A stretch of DNA of 64,000 bases from an uncultured Thermoplasmata archaeon (GCA_964458595.1 CAYWJQ010000005.1:85298-149297), one strand, 5' to 3'; counted from the first letter of the stretch, positions 50,537 through 61,589 are shown. Notes: generated by a model not told the origin, from the letters alone. Numbers and translations: made by a program.

Positions 50537-50761
50537 ACGTGTTCATATTTAGGGCCACAGTAATAAATCATTCGAAAACAAACCATCGAGATAAGGCATG
50601 ATATTTCACCCAAAAGATGGAAAAATATAAGAACATGCTAATCTATAATACCCTACCCGATGATGACGAATCCAAAGCTGACGATGACGAGGGACGACAG
50701 ATCCCTCTCGGATGATGAGTGATGGGCAGTCTGAGGGTAAAAAAAATAATATTGTGATAGC

Positions 50762-51367
50762 ATGGTCACCGGATTCGATTTATTACATAATAATAAGCCG
50801 CTTCAAAAACACTGGATAAAAAGAGTGATAGCATACCTTATCGATTTTCTGGTCTCGTCGCTTATAATCTACGTGCCGTTCTACATCATAAATATCAAGT
50901 TTTTCGCTCCGGCGATGATCTGGTATTTCCCGATGATAGCGGGGATGGTTCAGGTCTTCTATTCTGCGATCCTCGAATACATGACTAGAAAGACCCTAGG
51001 TAAAGCTATAATGAACCTGAGCGTAGAACAGCTCACACAGAGATTCAATATGTCCGAGGCCCTCATAAGAAATTTTAGCAAGATAAACGGGATCCTGATC
51101 CTATTCGATTGGGTCGCCGGCATGGCCACTGAAGGAGATCCGCGGCAGCGATATCTTGATCGACTCTCCGAGACCACCGTTAAAGGTGCGGGAGAACCGG
51201 TCCATTTCAGAGAGTTTATCGACGAACATCTCTTCGAAGGGGAAAAAACGGACGAACAAGAAGAGGAGATAGAAGAAGGAGAGAAACGCTGCCGGGAATG
51301 CGGAGGTAAACTCAAAGATATAGGAAGCGGAAGGTCCAGATGTACTAACTGCGGCCGTATACAGTAG
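50762..51367 (+). CDS. RDD-family membrane protein with a C-terminal zinc ribbon
   Basis: N-terminal KRVIAYLIDFLV (RDD-like) with 3 TM, and C-terminal CRECGG...CTNCG. Confidence 0.5.
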   Translation: MVTGFDLLHNNKPLQKHWIKRVIAYLIDFLVSSLIIYVPFYIINIKFFAPAMIWYFPMIAGMVQVFYSAILEYMTRKTLGKAIMNLSVEQLTQRFNMSEALIRNFSKINGILILFDWVAGMATEGDPRQRYLDRLSETTVKGAGEPVHFREFIDEHLFEGEKTDEQEEEIEEGEKRCRECGGKLKDIGSGRSRCTNCGRIQ

Positions 51368-51371
51368 AACG

Positions 51372-52673
51372 ATGTTGATAGCGGTAGACGATACGGACTC
51401 TAGAGAGGGCATGTGCACCACTTTTTTAGCCACGGAACTAATCAAAGAGTTCGACGAATATCAACTGCTGGATTATCCAAGATTGGTAAGGTTGAACCCG
51501 AACGTTCCTTGGAAAACCAGGGGCAACGGAGCGATAGTTATCGAGCTGGGTGTTGGGAGTGAAAAGGAAAAGAAAATCGGTGAGATCAACGAAGATATAT
51601 GGAGCTTTGAAAAGGGGAAAGAAATTCGGGACGACCTTTTCAAAAGAGTCGAAGAAGTGGTAGAAAATCTATCTGAGTTTGACAGCCCTAAAACTAATCC
51701 CGGCTTCGTGATAGCGAAAGAGAGACCGGATAGAGAGCTGTACGAAAAGGTAGTCCAAGATGTGGTCGAACTCGAAGAGGTCCTTGATATAATAAATGAA
51801 GACAATTTTCGATACAAAGGATACGGTGAGAAGAGAGGCTTGATCGGGGCTTCGGCAGCGCTGTCGTGGCGTCCCGATGATATTACCTATGAGCTTTTAG
51901 CTTATCGTGGAAAAGAGAGATGGGGAACCGAGCGAGATATTGACAAGACCGATGTTAAAACTGTAGACAAGGAAATAAAAAGTTCCTTCGACAGCTACGA
52001 CTATACAGAAAACAAACAGACGATCGCACCGAATTCTCCCTGTCCCGTGCTGTACGGTGTAAGAGGTGAAGATCCAGAAGAACTAAAAAAGGCTCTAGAT
52101 ATAATCGATGGTGAGGAAGCCGAACGATGGATCACTTTTCTCACGAATCAGGGAACTGACGATCACATCCAGGAGATGGATATCACCGAAACAAAACCGT
52201 GGACTTCGGCAAAAGTTCAAGGTCCGGTGACCTCCGAACCTCGCGTCATAGAAGGGGGTCACGTCCTGTTCGAGATCGGTGATGAAAAGGAGAGTATGAC
52301 CGCGGCGGCTTATGAACCGACCAAGGATTTTAGAAAAACGGTAAAACGACTGATCGAAGGGGATGAAGTCGTACTGTGGGGAGGGATAAGAAAAGATCCT
52401 AAGACTCTGAATATAGAGAAGATGAAGATCGTAGATCTGGAAGAAAAGATAGTCAAGATGAGTAATCCAGAGTGTCCGGAATGCGGAAAAAACATGTCGT
52501 CCATGGGTAAAGACGCAGGTTATAGATGCAAGAGATGCAGGATAAAAGCCGATGAAGATGAAGCGGTTAGAGAAAAAGTGGAAAGAGAACTTGAAGAAAG
52601 ATGGTATGAGACGCCGGTCTCAGCTAGGAGACATCTCTCTAAACCACTTAAAAGGATAAGAAAGCAGAAGTGA
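51372..52673 (+). CDS. tiaS: tRNA(Ile2) 2-agmatinylcytidine synthetase TiaS
   Basis: N-terminal IAVDDTDSREGMCTTF (TiaS kinase-like domain signature) and a C-terminal Zn ribbon CPECG...CKRC. 433 aa. Confidence 0.75.
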   Translation: MLIAVDDTDSREGMCTTFLATELIKEFDEYQLLDYPRLVRLNPNVPWKTRGNGAIVIELGVGSEKEKKIGEINEDIWSFEKGKEIRDDLFKRVEEVVENLSEFDSPKTNPGFVIAKERPDRELYEKVVQDVVELEEVLDIINEDNFRYKGYGEKRGLIGASAALSWRPDDITYELLAYRGKERWGTERDIDKTDVKTVDKEIKSSFDSYDYTENKQTIAPNSPCPVLYGVRGEDPEELKKALDIIDGEEAERWITFLTNQGTDDHIQEMDITETKPWTSAKVQGPVTSEPRVIEGGHVLFEIGDEKESMTAAAYEPTKDFRKTVKRLIEGDEVVLWGGIRKDPKTLNIEKMKIVDLEEKIVKMSNPECPECGKNMSSMGKDAGYRCKRCRIKADEDEAVREKVERELEERWYETPVSARRHLSKPLKRIRKQK

Positions 52674-52696
52674 AAGGTTTTTCTGTTGTTTATGTT

Positions 52697-54085
52697 CTAT
52701 TCCGGATAGAACTCGTCTATGTATTTTTGATCTATCCTTTTGAGATCCTTTTTCGGTATCATCGTGAGTAGATCCCAAGCCAGGTCCAATGTTTCCTCAA
52801 TAGTTCGGTCTTCTTCGACACCCTGGTTGATGAATTCCTCCTCGAACTCGTCTGCAAATTCCAGATAAAGTTGATCTCTGTCACTCAGGGCCTCTTCACC
52901 TACGACCGCGACGAGATCACGCAAGTCTAGTCCTTCGGCATATGCGGCGAAGAGTTGATTGCTGACATCGGAATGATCTTTTCTAGTCCTTTCTTCACCG
53001 ATACCTTCTTCCATCAGACGAGACAGGCTTTCACCGGGAGTTATAGGAGGTCTTATCCCCTTTCTATGTAATTCTCTAGAGAATACGAGCTGACCTTCCG
53101 TAATATATCCAGTAAGGTCGGGTATTGGATGAGTTATATCGTCGTCGGGCATGGTTAGTATCGGAATCATGGTTATCGACCCATCTCTGTTCAAAATCCT
53201 TCCCGCTCTTTCGTAGATATTCGCGAGATCGGTGTACATGTATCCGGGATAACCTCTTCTACCGGGGACCTCTTCTCTTGCAGCGGCTATTTCCCTGAGA
53301 GCCTCGCAGTAGTTGGTCATATCCGTCATTATAACGAGGACCTGCATGTCTTCCTCGAACGCCAGGTACTCGGCAGCGGTAAGAGCCATCCTCGGGATGA
53401 TTATCCTTTCGATCGCCGGATCGTCGGCAAGATTCAGGAAAAGAACGGATCTCTCCAGCGCGCCGGTCCTCTCAAAATCGTTTCTAAAGAAGTTAGCTTC
53501 CTCGGCGGTGATGCCCATAGCGCAGAAAACCACGGCGAATTCTTCTTCTTCACCTAGGACCTGGGACTGCCTTGCTATCTGGGCCGCCACGCTGTTATGG
53601 GGTAGACCCGAAGCGCTGAAGATCGGTAATTTTTGTCCTCTTACCAGCGTGAGCATGCCGTCTATAGTGGATATCCCGGTCTGTATGAATTCTCTAGGAT
53701 ATTCCCTCGCTGAGGGATTTATCGGATCGCCGTTGATATTCCTTCTTTCGTCGGGTATGATATCCGGGCTTCCGTCGATCGGTTCTCCGACTCCGTTGAA
53801 TACTCTACCGAGAAGTTCTCTAGAAACACCGAATTTCATGACTTCTCCGGTGAACTGTACGCTGGTTTCATCGGTATCAAGACCTCTAGTTCCCGCGAAT
53901 ACCTGCAGGATGGCTCGGTCGGTTTCGGCTTCGAGTACCTGTCCCATCCTCTCTTCTCCGTTCGGCAATTTGACTTTGGCTATTTCGTCGTATGCGACAT
54001 CGCTTATTCCCTCAACAACCATCAGAGGACCAGAAACTTCAGTAACATTCTGATATTCGGTCCTTTTCGACATCTCATCACTCAT
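52697..54085 (-). CDS. atpB: A1AO (V-type) ATP synthase subunit B
   Basis: 462 aa with full-length similarity to the regulatory B subunit ([19 protein letters not shown]). Confidence 0.95.
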   Translation of the reverse strand: MSDEMSKRTEYQNVTEVSGPLMVVEGISDVAYDEIAKVKLPNGEERMGQVLEAETDRAILQVFAGTRGLDTDETSVQFTGEVMKFGVSRELLGRVFNGVGEPIDGSPDIIPDERRNINGDPINPSAREYPREFIQTGISTIDGMLTLVRGQKLPIFSASGLPHNSVAAQIARQSQVLGEEEEFAVVFCAMGITAEEANFFRNDFERTGALERSVLFLNLADDPAIERIIIPRMALTAAEYLAFEEDMQVLVIMTDMTNYCEALREIAAAREEVPGRRGYPGYMYTDLANIYERAGRILNRDGSITMIPILTMPDDDITHPIPDLTGYITEGQLVFSRELHRKGIRPPITPGESLSRLMEEGIGEERTRKDHSDVSNQLFAAYAEGLDLRDLVAVVGEEALSDRDQLYLEFADEFEEEFINQGVEEDRTIEETLDLAWDLLTMIPKKDLKRIDQKYIDEFYPE

Positions 54086-54088
54086 GTG

Positions 54089-57000
54089 TTATCCCTCCAA
54101 TTCCTCGCTAACATCATCTTCCGATTCGAGCGCTTCCGGACCCCCTTCGCTTTCCAGCGGAGAGGATAATTCGAGAGAATCTTCTATCTCTTGGAACTCT
54201 TCGTTCATCTTCATCTCGACCTCGCTCGATTTCTCTTCCCATTCATCCTTGGGTATGTTCGATAATCTGCTTATATCCTCTAACACGTCCATCTCGGACA
54301 AAGTATCTACCATGACTCCTTCTTCGATCGCCTGTTGGCCGGTTTCATAGAACTCCATCATTATTTGTAACATCCTGAACTGTTTTTCCGGGGAACAGAA
54401 TGTATCCACGTCGTGGAAAGCGTTCTGCTGTAGGAAATCCTCCCTGATTATCCTAGCGGCCTGAAGAGCGAACTGGTCCGAGGGAGGTAGAGCGTCGGGA
54501 CCTACAAGTTGAACGATCTCTTCGAGTTCGGACTCCTTCTCCAAGAGCCGCATCGTTTCTCTACGCAGGTCTTTCCAGTTCTCGTTCACGTTCTCGTCCC
54601 ACCAGTCTCCCATCTCATCCAGATAAAGTGAATAAGATGTCAACCAGTCGACAGCCGGGAAGTGACGTTTGTTCTTAAGCTCGGTATCCAATGCCCAGAA
54701 GACCTGAACTATCCGGAGGGTGTTCTGGGTGACCGGTTCGGAGAAATCACCGCCGGAAGGACTAACGGCTCCGATGACCGATATGGATCCTTCTCTATCG
54801 CCGTGCAGTTTGCACATGCCGGCTCTCTCGTAGAATGATGCCAGTTCAGAAGCTAGATAAGCCGGAAAACCTTCTTCTCCGGGCATCTCCTCGAGCCTCC
54901 CGGATATCTCTCTCAGAGCTTCGGCCCATCTCGAAGTCGAATCGGCCATGAGAGCGACGTCGTATCCCATATCTCTGTAAAATTCCGCTATAGTGATGCC
55001 GGAAAAAACCGAAGCCTCTCTCGCCGCGACGGGCATATTACTGGTGTTAGCTATGAGAACGGTCCTCTTCATCAAAGGTTCCCCGGACCATGGATCCTCC
55101 AGTTCTGGAAAATCTCTGAGAACTTCTGTCATCTCGTTGCCCCTCTCCCCGCATCCGACGTAAACTACTATATCGGCATCGCTCCATTTGGCCAATTGGT
55201 GCTGAATTACCGTGTTATGGAGGAACATAGGTGCGTTACCTCCCACAAAGTTGTGAGTATCCGGCACCGTCAAGTCAAAAACTTCCTGAGATTCTTCTTT
55301 CATCTCTATCGATTCAACGGGATCAGGTAAAAAATGATCTAAATGGTTCTCTGCTATGCTCTTCAAATCTTCATCTGCGGTCATAGAGGAGAATTTCCTA
55401 AATATTGGAACACTCATCTTTTCTTCCTGAGTGGTGTAATTCGCTACCTTTATTCCATTTTCTTTGAATTCTTTTCTAGGAACGCCGCTGTTTTCGAATT
55501 TCTCCTGCACCATTTCGGGGGAGACATTTACCGCATTCACTCCTCTAAAATGTTCACTGTCCTTTTCTAGATATCTTTTTATTTTTTCGTACTTTTGATG
55601 ATCTATAGATGTTTTTTCGTAGAAATTTTCTAGTTCTTCCCCAGAAACCCTTATCCTGTAGCTTTCATTAGCTCGGGTCTCTTTCGAGGAGAGTCTCGGC
55701 AGAACGGCGATCCTTGTCAAAGCATAAGTGAGGTCGCTAGCCATCTCTTCACTCGAAGTATTTATTTCGACTTCATATTTAGAAAAACTCCCATCGGCTA
55801 GATAATAACCTCTTACAAAGGCAGCTATCGCCTCTTCTCCGCTTTTAAAGACTTTGCTCGGGATGCTACAATTTCTCGACTTGACTTCTTCCGGGAATCC
55901 TAAAGATACTAGCAGATCCCTAAGTGTTTTACAGTTTACTTTTACTGAATCAACCGTTCGAGCGTGCTCCCTTTCTGCTTCTAAATCGAAAAGTTTGTAG
56001 AATAGTTCTTCTACTCTTGACAAAAGCTCTTCATCGTTGTTGTAAAAGTGTATCGAAGTCGGCTTTAAACTGCCGTCTCCAAGCAAAAGACCTAATAGTT
56101 CCGCAAAGTCTTCATCGATATTTTCTGGGACCTTTATGGGAGTAGACCTCCTCTCACCTTTTACTTTCCTTATCTGATGATCGATTTCGTTCTGTTCGAA
56201 GATATCCTTAGCAACTTTGACTTTTGGCCTATTCCTTCCAAGGGCATATTCAGTAAGAACGTCCTCGCTTACATCCAATCTCTCAGCTAACTCCTTCCTA
56301 CTGCCTAATTTCTTTTCTAGTTCATCTATGCTACTAATTACCTTTTCAAAGTCTTCACCATGGACCCTTTTCTCTGGCAATAAGTCTACTGTAGTCAATT
56401 TTTGCTCTCCTGTTTTTTCGTCCAAAGAGAGTTTTCTTGGAACCAAGAGAGTGTCCTCTTGTTCTATCTCTCGAGCTGGTTTCTCCACGATCTCCATCTC
56501 AGGGGTCAGAACAAACAGTTTATGGACTGGCGTAATCTCAACTTCACGACCCGACTTGGTTTTTATCACGACGGTCGAATCAGTCTTACCTTTGTAAAGA
56601 CACGTCGCCTCTTTTTCAGATATCTCTCCATCATCCATGGATAATATCTCGAGGGGGCGGTCTAGTTCGATCAATTCTTCCTCACCGTCTACTTTCTTCT
56701 TCCCTTTTTCCTTATACTTTTCGTATATATCTTCTATAGGTTCTTTTGATCCATCAGCGAATAGCATGGGTGTATCGCCAGTTACGCATTTCCCGGTCCC
56801 GAAGCCCCCGGGGATAGCGGCTGTTCCGCCTTTAGCGATGGGGAAGAAAGTATCCAATACTCTCTGACCGGTAACGAGGAGTTCGCCCGGCTGTTTTTTA
56901 TCTTGTATCGGTCTGCCTATCCTGACAGGCCATCTCTGCTTCATGCTTATCTCTTCTTCACCATCTTTGTTCTCTAAAACCGCTATAGTCTCGTTGATCG

Positions 57001-57556
57001 TATAATCGCCTTCAGGAACTATCTCCTTGATAGTACCTTCAGTATCAGGAGGCACCATCACCTTATGATCTACGGTAGGAGTCTCTTCGACTATACCTAA
57101 AATATCTCCATGTTCGACCTCTTCCCCTTCTTCAGCTTTGGGTTTGAACTCCCATTCTTTTTCCTCGTCCAGTGGAGATACGTCGATACCTCTTCGGATG
57201 AAATCGCCGGTCTTCTCGACTATACTCTGAAGGGGTCTCTGGATGCCGTCATAGATCTGCTCTATGAGACCTGGGCCCAGTTCTAAAGATAAAGGTTCGC
57301 CCGTTCTCTTCACTGGTTCTCCCGGCTTGACTCCGCCGGTTTCTTCGTACACCTGGATAGTCGCGACGTCTTCTTCGAGCTCGATAACTTCGCCTATAAG
57401 ACCTTCTTCACCGACTTCTACGACCTCGTACATCTCCACGCCCTGTAGGTTATCGGCCTCTACGACCGGGCCGGCCACGTGGATAATCCTACCTTCACCC
57501 TCTTCTTCATCGGGTTTTTCGATCTTGCTTATACTTTCCTCAGCTTCTTCTACCAT
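54089..57556 (-). CDS. atpA: A1AO (V-type) ATP synthase catalytic subunit A, containing an intein
   Basis: The 1155-aa ORF gives exteins of 256 plus 374 aa with A-subunit motifs. The P-loop GGFGTGK|C is interrupted, and the extein resumes at HN|[10 protein letters not shown]. Confidence 0.95.
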   Translation of the reverse strand: MVEEAEESISKIEKPDEEEGEGRIIHVAGPVVEADNLQGVEMYEVVEVGEEGLIGEVIELEEDVATIQVYEETGGVKPGEPVKRTGEPLSLELGPGLIEQIYDGIQRPLQSIVEKTGDFIRRGIDVSPLDEEKEWEFKPKAEEGEEVEHGDILGIVEETPTVDHKVMVPPDTEGTIKEIVPEGDYTINETIAVLENKDGEEEISMKQRWPVRIGRPIQDKKQPGELLVTGQRVLDTFFPIAKGGTAAIPGGFGTGKCVTGDTPMLFADGSKEPIEDIYEKYKEKGKKKVDGEEELIELDRPLEILSMDDGEISEKEATCLYKGKTDSTVVIKTKSGREVEITPVHKLFVLTPEMEIVEKPAREIEQEDTLLVPRKLSLDEKTGEQKLTTVDLLPEKRVHGEDFEKVISSIDELEKKLGSRKELAERLDVSEDVLTEYALGRNRPKVKVAKDIFEQNEIDHQIRKVKGERRSTPIKVPENIDEDFAELLGLLLGDGSLKPTSIHFYNNDEELLSRVEELFYKLFDLEAEREHARTVDSVKVNCKTLRDLLVSLGFPEEVKSRNCSIPSKVFKSGEEAIAAFVRGYYLADGSFSKYEVEINTSSEEMASDLTYALTRIAVLPRLSSKETRANESYRIRVSGEELENFYEKTSIDHQKYEKIKRYLEKDSEHFRGVNAVNVSPEMVQEKFENSGVPRKEFKENGIKVANYTTQEEKMSVPIFRKFSSMTADEDLKSIAENHLDHFLPDPVESIEMKEESQEVFDLTVPDTHNFVGGNAPMFLHNTVIQHQLAKWSDADIVVYVGCGERGNEMTEVLRDFPELEDPWSGEPLMKRTVLIANTSNMPVAAREASVFSGITIAEFYRDMGYDVALMADSTSRWAEALREISGRLEEMPGEEGFPAYLASELASFYERAGMCKLHGDREGSISVIGAVSPSGGDFSEPVTQNTLRIVQVFWALDTELKNKRHFPAVDWLTSYSLYLDEMGDWWDENVNENWKDLRRETMRLLEKESELEEIVQLVGPDALPPSDQFALQAARIIREDFLQQNAFHDVDTFCSPEKQFRMLQIMMEFYETGQQAIEEGVMVDTLSEMDVLEDISRLSNIPKDEWEEKSSEVEMKMNEEFQEIEDSLELSSPLESEGGPEALESEDDVSEELEG
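55214..56788 (-). mobile_element. Intein (525 aa) with a LAGLIDADG homing-endonuclease domain, inserted in the atpA P-loop (the VMA-a site)
   Basis: Begins with Cys right after GGFGTGK and ends ...FLHN, followed by Thr. Two LAGLIDADG blocks ([11 protein letters not shown] and GYYLADGSF) lie between the Hint N- and C-terminal splicing blocks. Confidence 0.85.
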
Positions 57557-57614
57557 ACTTTTGTTCCTCCTGAAATGATTTTGATATCACGATATTTTTG
57601 AGTATGATCACACA

Positions 57615-57965
57615 TCATTTTTCCTCCTTCGAATCTTGAGTATTGACGTCTATACCGACGGCTCTTTTGATCTTGCCTTTTAGAGGATCCTCTTTTTCTT
57701 CTAACGGACCTCCTTTGTCGGGTATCTCTACTATTACGGGATAGACATCATCTCTTCTTTTCTTCTTTTCATCCAGATGTTCTCTAATTTTTTTCGCGAT
57801 CTGTTCGGATAACAGTATGACCCCTATCTCGGGTGACTCTATCAATTTATCTATCCTCTTCTTTATCTCGTATTCATCCTGAGGCGAGAATACTTCGTCC
57901 ACGCCCGCGAGCGAAAAGCCGAGAGTCATATCCTCCTTACCCACCACGACTACCTTCTTCCTCAT
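57615..57965 (-). CDS. atpF: A1AO ATP synthase subunit F
   Basis: 116 aa with VVVVGKEDMTLGFSLAGV, typical of subunit F. Confidence 0.85.
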   Translation of the reverse strand: MRKKVVVVGKEDMTLGFSLAGVDEVFSPQDEYEIKKRIDKLIESPEIGVILLSEQIAKKIREHLDEKKKRRDDVYPVIVEIPDKGGPLEEKEDPLKGKIKRAVGIDVNTQDSKEEK

Positions 57966-59098
57966 GTGTTTTCCTCCATGATCATCAGTTCTTTTATCCT
58001 GTCCGAGTCGAGCTCTTCACGGAGACCCCTTATCAAAGTCTTCAGATTTCTCAATTCCACGTCTTTGGAAACTAGATATTTTATTATCGGCCCCACGGTC
58101 AAGATCTGCTGGCTGGATATCTCGGATACGATATCTAACAGCCTCTTATCCAGATATTTTTCCAGGTCGAAATCTGACATCGAAGTACCTTCGGTCCTGA
58201 GGTCTTCATAAGAAGTCCCTTCTAGTTCCACCATCGCCTCTTCCGCGTTATTCGAATCAATCATGTCTTCCAGCTTCCACTCTTCGAGCTCCCTGCCCGA
58301 GGGTAGTAGAGAATCCTTTATCTCTTCTTTATCGACGTCTTCCCTCAATCCTCTGAACACTATCTTTAGATTGGATATATCAGTATATCTGCCGAAGAAA
58401 TACTTCACGTGAGCTTTCTCCTCGGTACCGACTTTCATCACCGCTTGTCTCATCTTTTCGAAGATGAATCGATCGAGAGCCACATCCATGCCGAAGAAAT
58501 CGTCCTCCCAATCTCTACCGGCTAGAACCTCTTCGAACTCGGTGTCTTTCAGTACACCCATCACTTCTTGAAGATTCGTCGCGGAGGCGATCTCGTCTAT
58601 CATCTCTTCGTCCAAGGCCTTGACCGGATATAATTTACGCAGAATCTCTTCTTTTTCTTTGCCTCTAGCGACCCCCTTCACGGCCCTCTTTATCATCTTT
58701 ATATCGTATCTTTTGATCCAAACGTTGACCAGAGGTTTCGCATTCTCAGGTGAGGCCACGTAAGCTTTTTTCAAGAGCTCTATCGTTTCTTTTTCCAGGT
58801 GCTCCTCCACATCGCCGATATCTTCTAGACCTTCTTTCGGGATCTGATAGTTGTTCTCCCTGATCTTGGAATAGATTTCGTTTATATTCTTGCTTTCTGT
58901 CAAGGGTTCTAGCTCCTCTTTTTTGACGAACGGATTACCGTGAGCTCTGAATTTAGCGTTAGGGTAAGTGAAACTCGCTATAGTGATCAGCTGTCTGAAG
59001 TAGCTCATCAACAGAACTACAACTATAAGTAAGGATAAACCGACTATTATCAGCACCAGATTGGGCAGTCCTACGGTACTCAATAATTCTTCCAGCAA
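57962..59098 (-). CDS. atpC: A1AO ATP synthase subunit C (d)
   Basis: 378-aa helical protein at the conserved operon position between E and F. Its stop overlaps the atpF start. Confidence 0.8.
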   Translation of the reverse strand: MLEELLSTVGLPNLVLIIVGLSLLIVVVLLMSYFRQLITIASFTYPNAKFRAHGNPFVKKEELEPLTESKNINEIYSKIRENNYQIPKEGLEDIGDVEEHLEKETIELLKKAYVASPENAKPLVNVWIKRYDIKMIKRAVKGVARGKEKEEILRKLYPVKALDEEMIDEIASATNLQEVMGVLKDTEFEEVLAGRDWEDDFFGMDVALDRFIFEKMRQAVMKVGTEEKAHVKYFFGRYTDISNLKIVFRGLREDVDKEEIKDSLLPSGRELEEWKLEDMIDSNNAEEAMVELEGTSYEDLRTEGTSMSDFDLEKYLDKRLLDIVSEISSQQILTVGPIIKYLVSKDVELRNLKTLIRGLREELDSDRIKELMIMEENT

Positions 59099-59101
59099 CT
59101 A

Positions 59102-59680
59102 TTAGTCCTCCGGAAACAGTATTTCGGATATTTCCTTTCTAAGTTCTTTCTTATTCCTTTCGATATTGGCCTCGAAAGTGAAGTCTATTTCAGCCCCTTT
59201 CTTCGAGGTCGCTTTGATACCGCCCAAGGAGTTGAGACCACCCTCGATATCCAAGGAGGGATCGAACTCCCGAGCTATACTTTGAACTTCATCCACGCTT
59301 TCTTCGTTACAGTGGATCACTATATCTTCTCCCAAAACTTGCATGGATTTCTTTATAGACTTTTTCAAATACTCTTCATATTCTGAAGGATCCAACTCTT
59401 CTAGGCGTTCTCTAGCTCTTTTGAATACTCGTTCGATCATCTCTTCTCTGATATTCATCTTTTTCTTTCGAGATTCCAATTTGGCTTGAGAGAGGATCCT
59501 GTTCTCCATCGTCTCTATCTCTCTCTTTTCCTTTTTCCTGATCTCGTCCAGTCTTCTCTCTTTCTCCTTCTCGATCTCCTGTCTGACCTCTTCTGCCTCT
59601 TCTTCTTTTCTCTCTAGTATCTCCTCTGCTTTTCTCTCGGCGTCTTTTTTGATCCTTTCGATTAATTTTTCAACTGGCAT
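59102..59680 (-). CDS. atpE: A1AO ATP synthase subunit E
   Basis: 192 aa with a long charged N-terminal coiled coil and a globular C-terminal domain, at the conserved operon position. Confidence 0.8.
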   Translation of the reverse strand: MPVEKLIERIKKDAERKAEEILERKEEEAEEVRQEIEKEKERRLDEIRKKEKREIETMENRILSQAKLESRKKKMNIREEMIERVFKRARERLEELDPSEYEEYLKKSIKKSMQVLGEDIVIHCNEESVDEVQSIAREFDPSLDIEGGLNSLGGIKATSKKGAEIDFTFEANIERNKKELRKEISEILFPED

Positions 59681-59690
59681 TTTAGATTCC

Positions 59691-61589
59691 TCACATAAAT
59701 CCTAGGAAGACTATTATGAAGATAGCTATCAAGAGACCAAATATCGCGAAGGTCTCGGACATCACACTGAAGATCATCCCTTTACCGAACGTCTCTTCAC
59801 GCTTCGATACGGCGGCTATCGCCGAACCCGATGTTATACCTTGACCGACACCGGAAACACCGGCGATACCTATAGCCAAGCCGGCTCCTACTGCTGCGAT
59901 ACCCATCTGGACTCCGGCTCCTGCGGGATAAACCTGGCTGAGCATACCGCTGAAGACCATCAGTAATATCGCGATCAGCATGCCGTAGATGGCTTGCGTT
60001 TCGGGAAGTACCGAGAACACCATACCTCTACCGAACATCCCTTCGTCTTCAGCTACGGTCGCTATACCGCTGGCGGAGGCTATGCCCTGTCCTATACCGG
60101 AAAGACCGGCGACGCCCACGGAAAGACCCGCACCGACACCGACTAATCCAAGGAACACCTGTATATCAGAGGAAGCATTCACCAGGCCCGCCTGTCCTAA
60201 CAGTCCGCTAAATATCATCAATAATATCGCGATCAGCATGCCGTAGATAGCCTGCGTTTCGGGAAGTACTGAGAACACCATGCCTCTGCCGAATATCTCT
60301 TCCTTTTCCGCAACACTGCCTATCCCACTGGCGGCCGCGATACCTTGTCCTATACCGGAAAGACCGGCGACACCGACGGCAAGACCGGCGCCTATACCTA
60401 TCAGACCTAGACTGTAACCTGATATACCTTTCATAGCTTCGATAGCCGAACCGCCGAGTAAACCAGAGAATACCATGAGCAGTATCGCGATCAGCATACC
60501 GTAGATCGCCTGAGTCTCTGGAAGGACTGAAAACACCATGCTCTTACCGAATAGATCCTCATTCTCCGCGACACCGCCGATACCCGCTCCGGCGGCTATG
60601 CCTTGACCTATACCGGACAACCCCGCGACACCGACCGCTAAGCCTGCTCCTATCGATATGACGGCTAGGCCTAAACCTTTAGGACCGAGCATGGCTTCGG
60701 AGATCCCGCCTCCGAGTAAGCCGGTGAAGACCATAATGAGTATACCTATCAGGAGACCGTAGATGGCTTGCGTTTCGGGAAGTACTGAGAACACCATACC
60801 TCTACCGAACAGTTCTTCTTTCTCGCTGTAGGCGGCGATACTGCCTGATGCGGCGACGCCCTGTCCGATAGCCGACAGGCCAGCGACACCGACGGCAAGT
60901 CCAACCCCCACGGAAGTTATCCCCACGGGGAGCGAAAGATAGTCTCCCCCGCCGATTATCCCCGTGAACAACAACAATAACACCGCGGTCAGCAGACCGT
61001 AGATGGCTTGAGTTTGAGGTAAAGCCTGGAATACGAGACATTTGCCGAATTTGCCGGGTTTTTCGGCTATAGTTCCAGCACCGGCGGCGCCCGCTATACC
61101 TACACCTATTCCGGCCCCCATCCCGGCGATACCGACTGCTAGACCCGCACCGAGCGCGGTAAGGAAGGTCCCTCTCTCATCTTTCACGGCTTCCACATTT
61201 AAAGTGTCAGTATATGTTTTATCACCGTAAGTGACCCTAAGAGTGACGTTGAAAACTTTCTTATTATTGTCTTCTCCAAGTTTGAACATATGGTCGACCT
61301 TTTTTCCGGTAGTGCTCGAACCGTTTTCAAATATCCATTCGATCTTGGACGGTTCTCCGGACGGAGTATCCTTAGAGCGGTAAGATAGAGTAAGATTGTT
61401 GCCTTCGCTCTTTTTTATGTAAAGCTTGGTATGGTTACCTACGTCTTCCCCGTTGACCAAGATATCCACTTTACCCTGCTCCTGTCCCTGGGCGTTTCCA
61501 GTCGGCGCTATACCGAGAAGCAAGATCAGAGCGACGACCATTATTGATATGTAACTTATCTTCACAGCTTTCCCTTTCAATAAATTCAT
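59691..61589 (-). CDS. atpK: A1AO ATP synthase proteolipid subunit K (c), sextuplicated (6 hairpins), with an N-terminal signal peptide and an ectodomain of about 110 aa
   Basis: 632 aa. There are six repeats of the c-subunit hairpin (...FG(R/K)GMVFSVLPETQAIYG(M/L)LIAILLMVF...). Five of them keep the ion-binding carboxylate (PETQ or SETF) and the first has PQTQ. The N-terminus is MNLLKGK + hydrophobic + NAQG, followed by a Thr/Lys/Asn-rich domain with NxT/S sequons. The nucleotide sequence shows ~250-bp repeats with long identical tracts. Confidence 0.8.
   Translation of the reverse strand: MNLLKGKAVKISYISIMVVALILLLGIAPTGNAQGQEQGKVDILVNGEDVGNHTKLYIKKSEGNNLTLSYRSKDTPSGEPSKIEWIFENGSSTTGKKVDHMFKLGEDNNKKVFNVTLRVTYGDKTYTDTLNVEAVKDERGTFLTALGAGLAVGIAGMGAGIGVGIAGAAGAGTIAEKPGKFGKCLVFQALPQTQAIYGLLTAVLLLLFTGIIGGGDYLSLPVGITSVGVGLAVGVAGLSAIGQGVAASGSIAAYSEKEELFGRGMVFSVLPETQAIYGLLIGILIMVFTGLLGGGISEAMLGPKGLGLAVISIGAGLAVGVAGLSGIGQGIAAGAGIGGVAENEDLFGKSMVFSVLPETQAIYGMLIAILLMVFSGLLGGSAIEAMKGISGYSLGLIGIGAGLAVGVAGLSGIGQGIAAASGIGSVAEKEEIFGRGMVFSVLPETQAIYGMLIAILLMIFSGLLGQAGLVNASSDIQVFLGLVGVGAGLSVGVAGLSGIGQGIASASGIATVAEDEGMFGRGMVFSVLPETQAIYGMLIAILLMVFSGMLSQVYPAGAGVQMGIAAVGAGLAIGIAGVSGVGQGITSGSAIAAVSKREETFGKGMIFSVMSETFAIFGLLIAIFIIVFLGFM

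Noticed and set aside
50600-50760. Short Asp-rich peptide ORF (MMTNPKLTMTRDDRSLSDDE) in the tsr3/RDD spacer
   Set aside because: It is only 20 aa, with no conservation signal, and lies in a divergent promoter region.
59989-61230. Plus-strand ORFs within atpK (59989-60246, 61042-61230) and the minus-strand ORF 60802-61041
   Set aside because: They are artefacts of the GC-rich Gly/Ala codon repeats of the proteolipid hairpins. atpK occupies the conserved operon slot.
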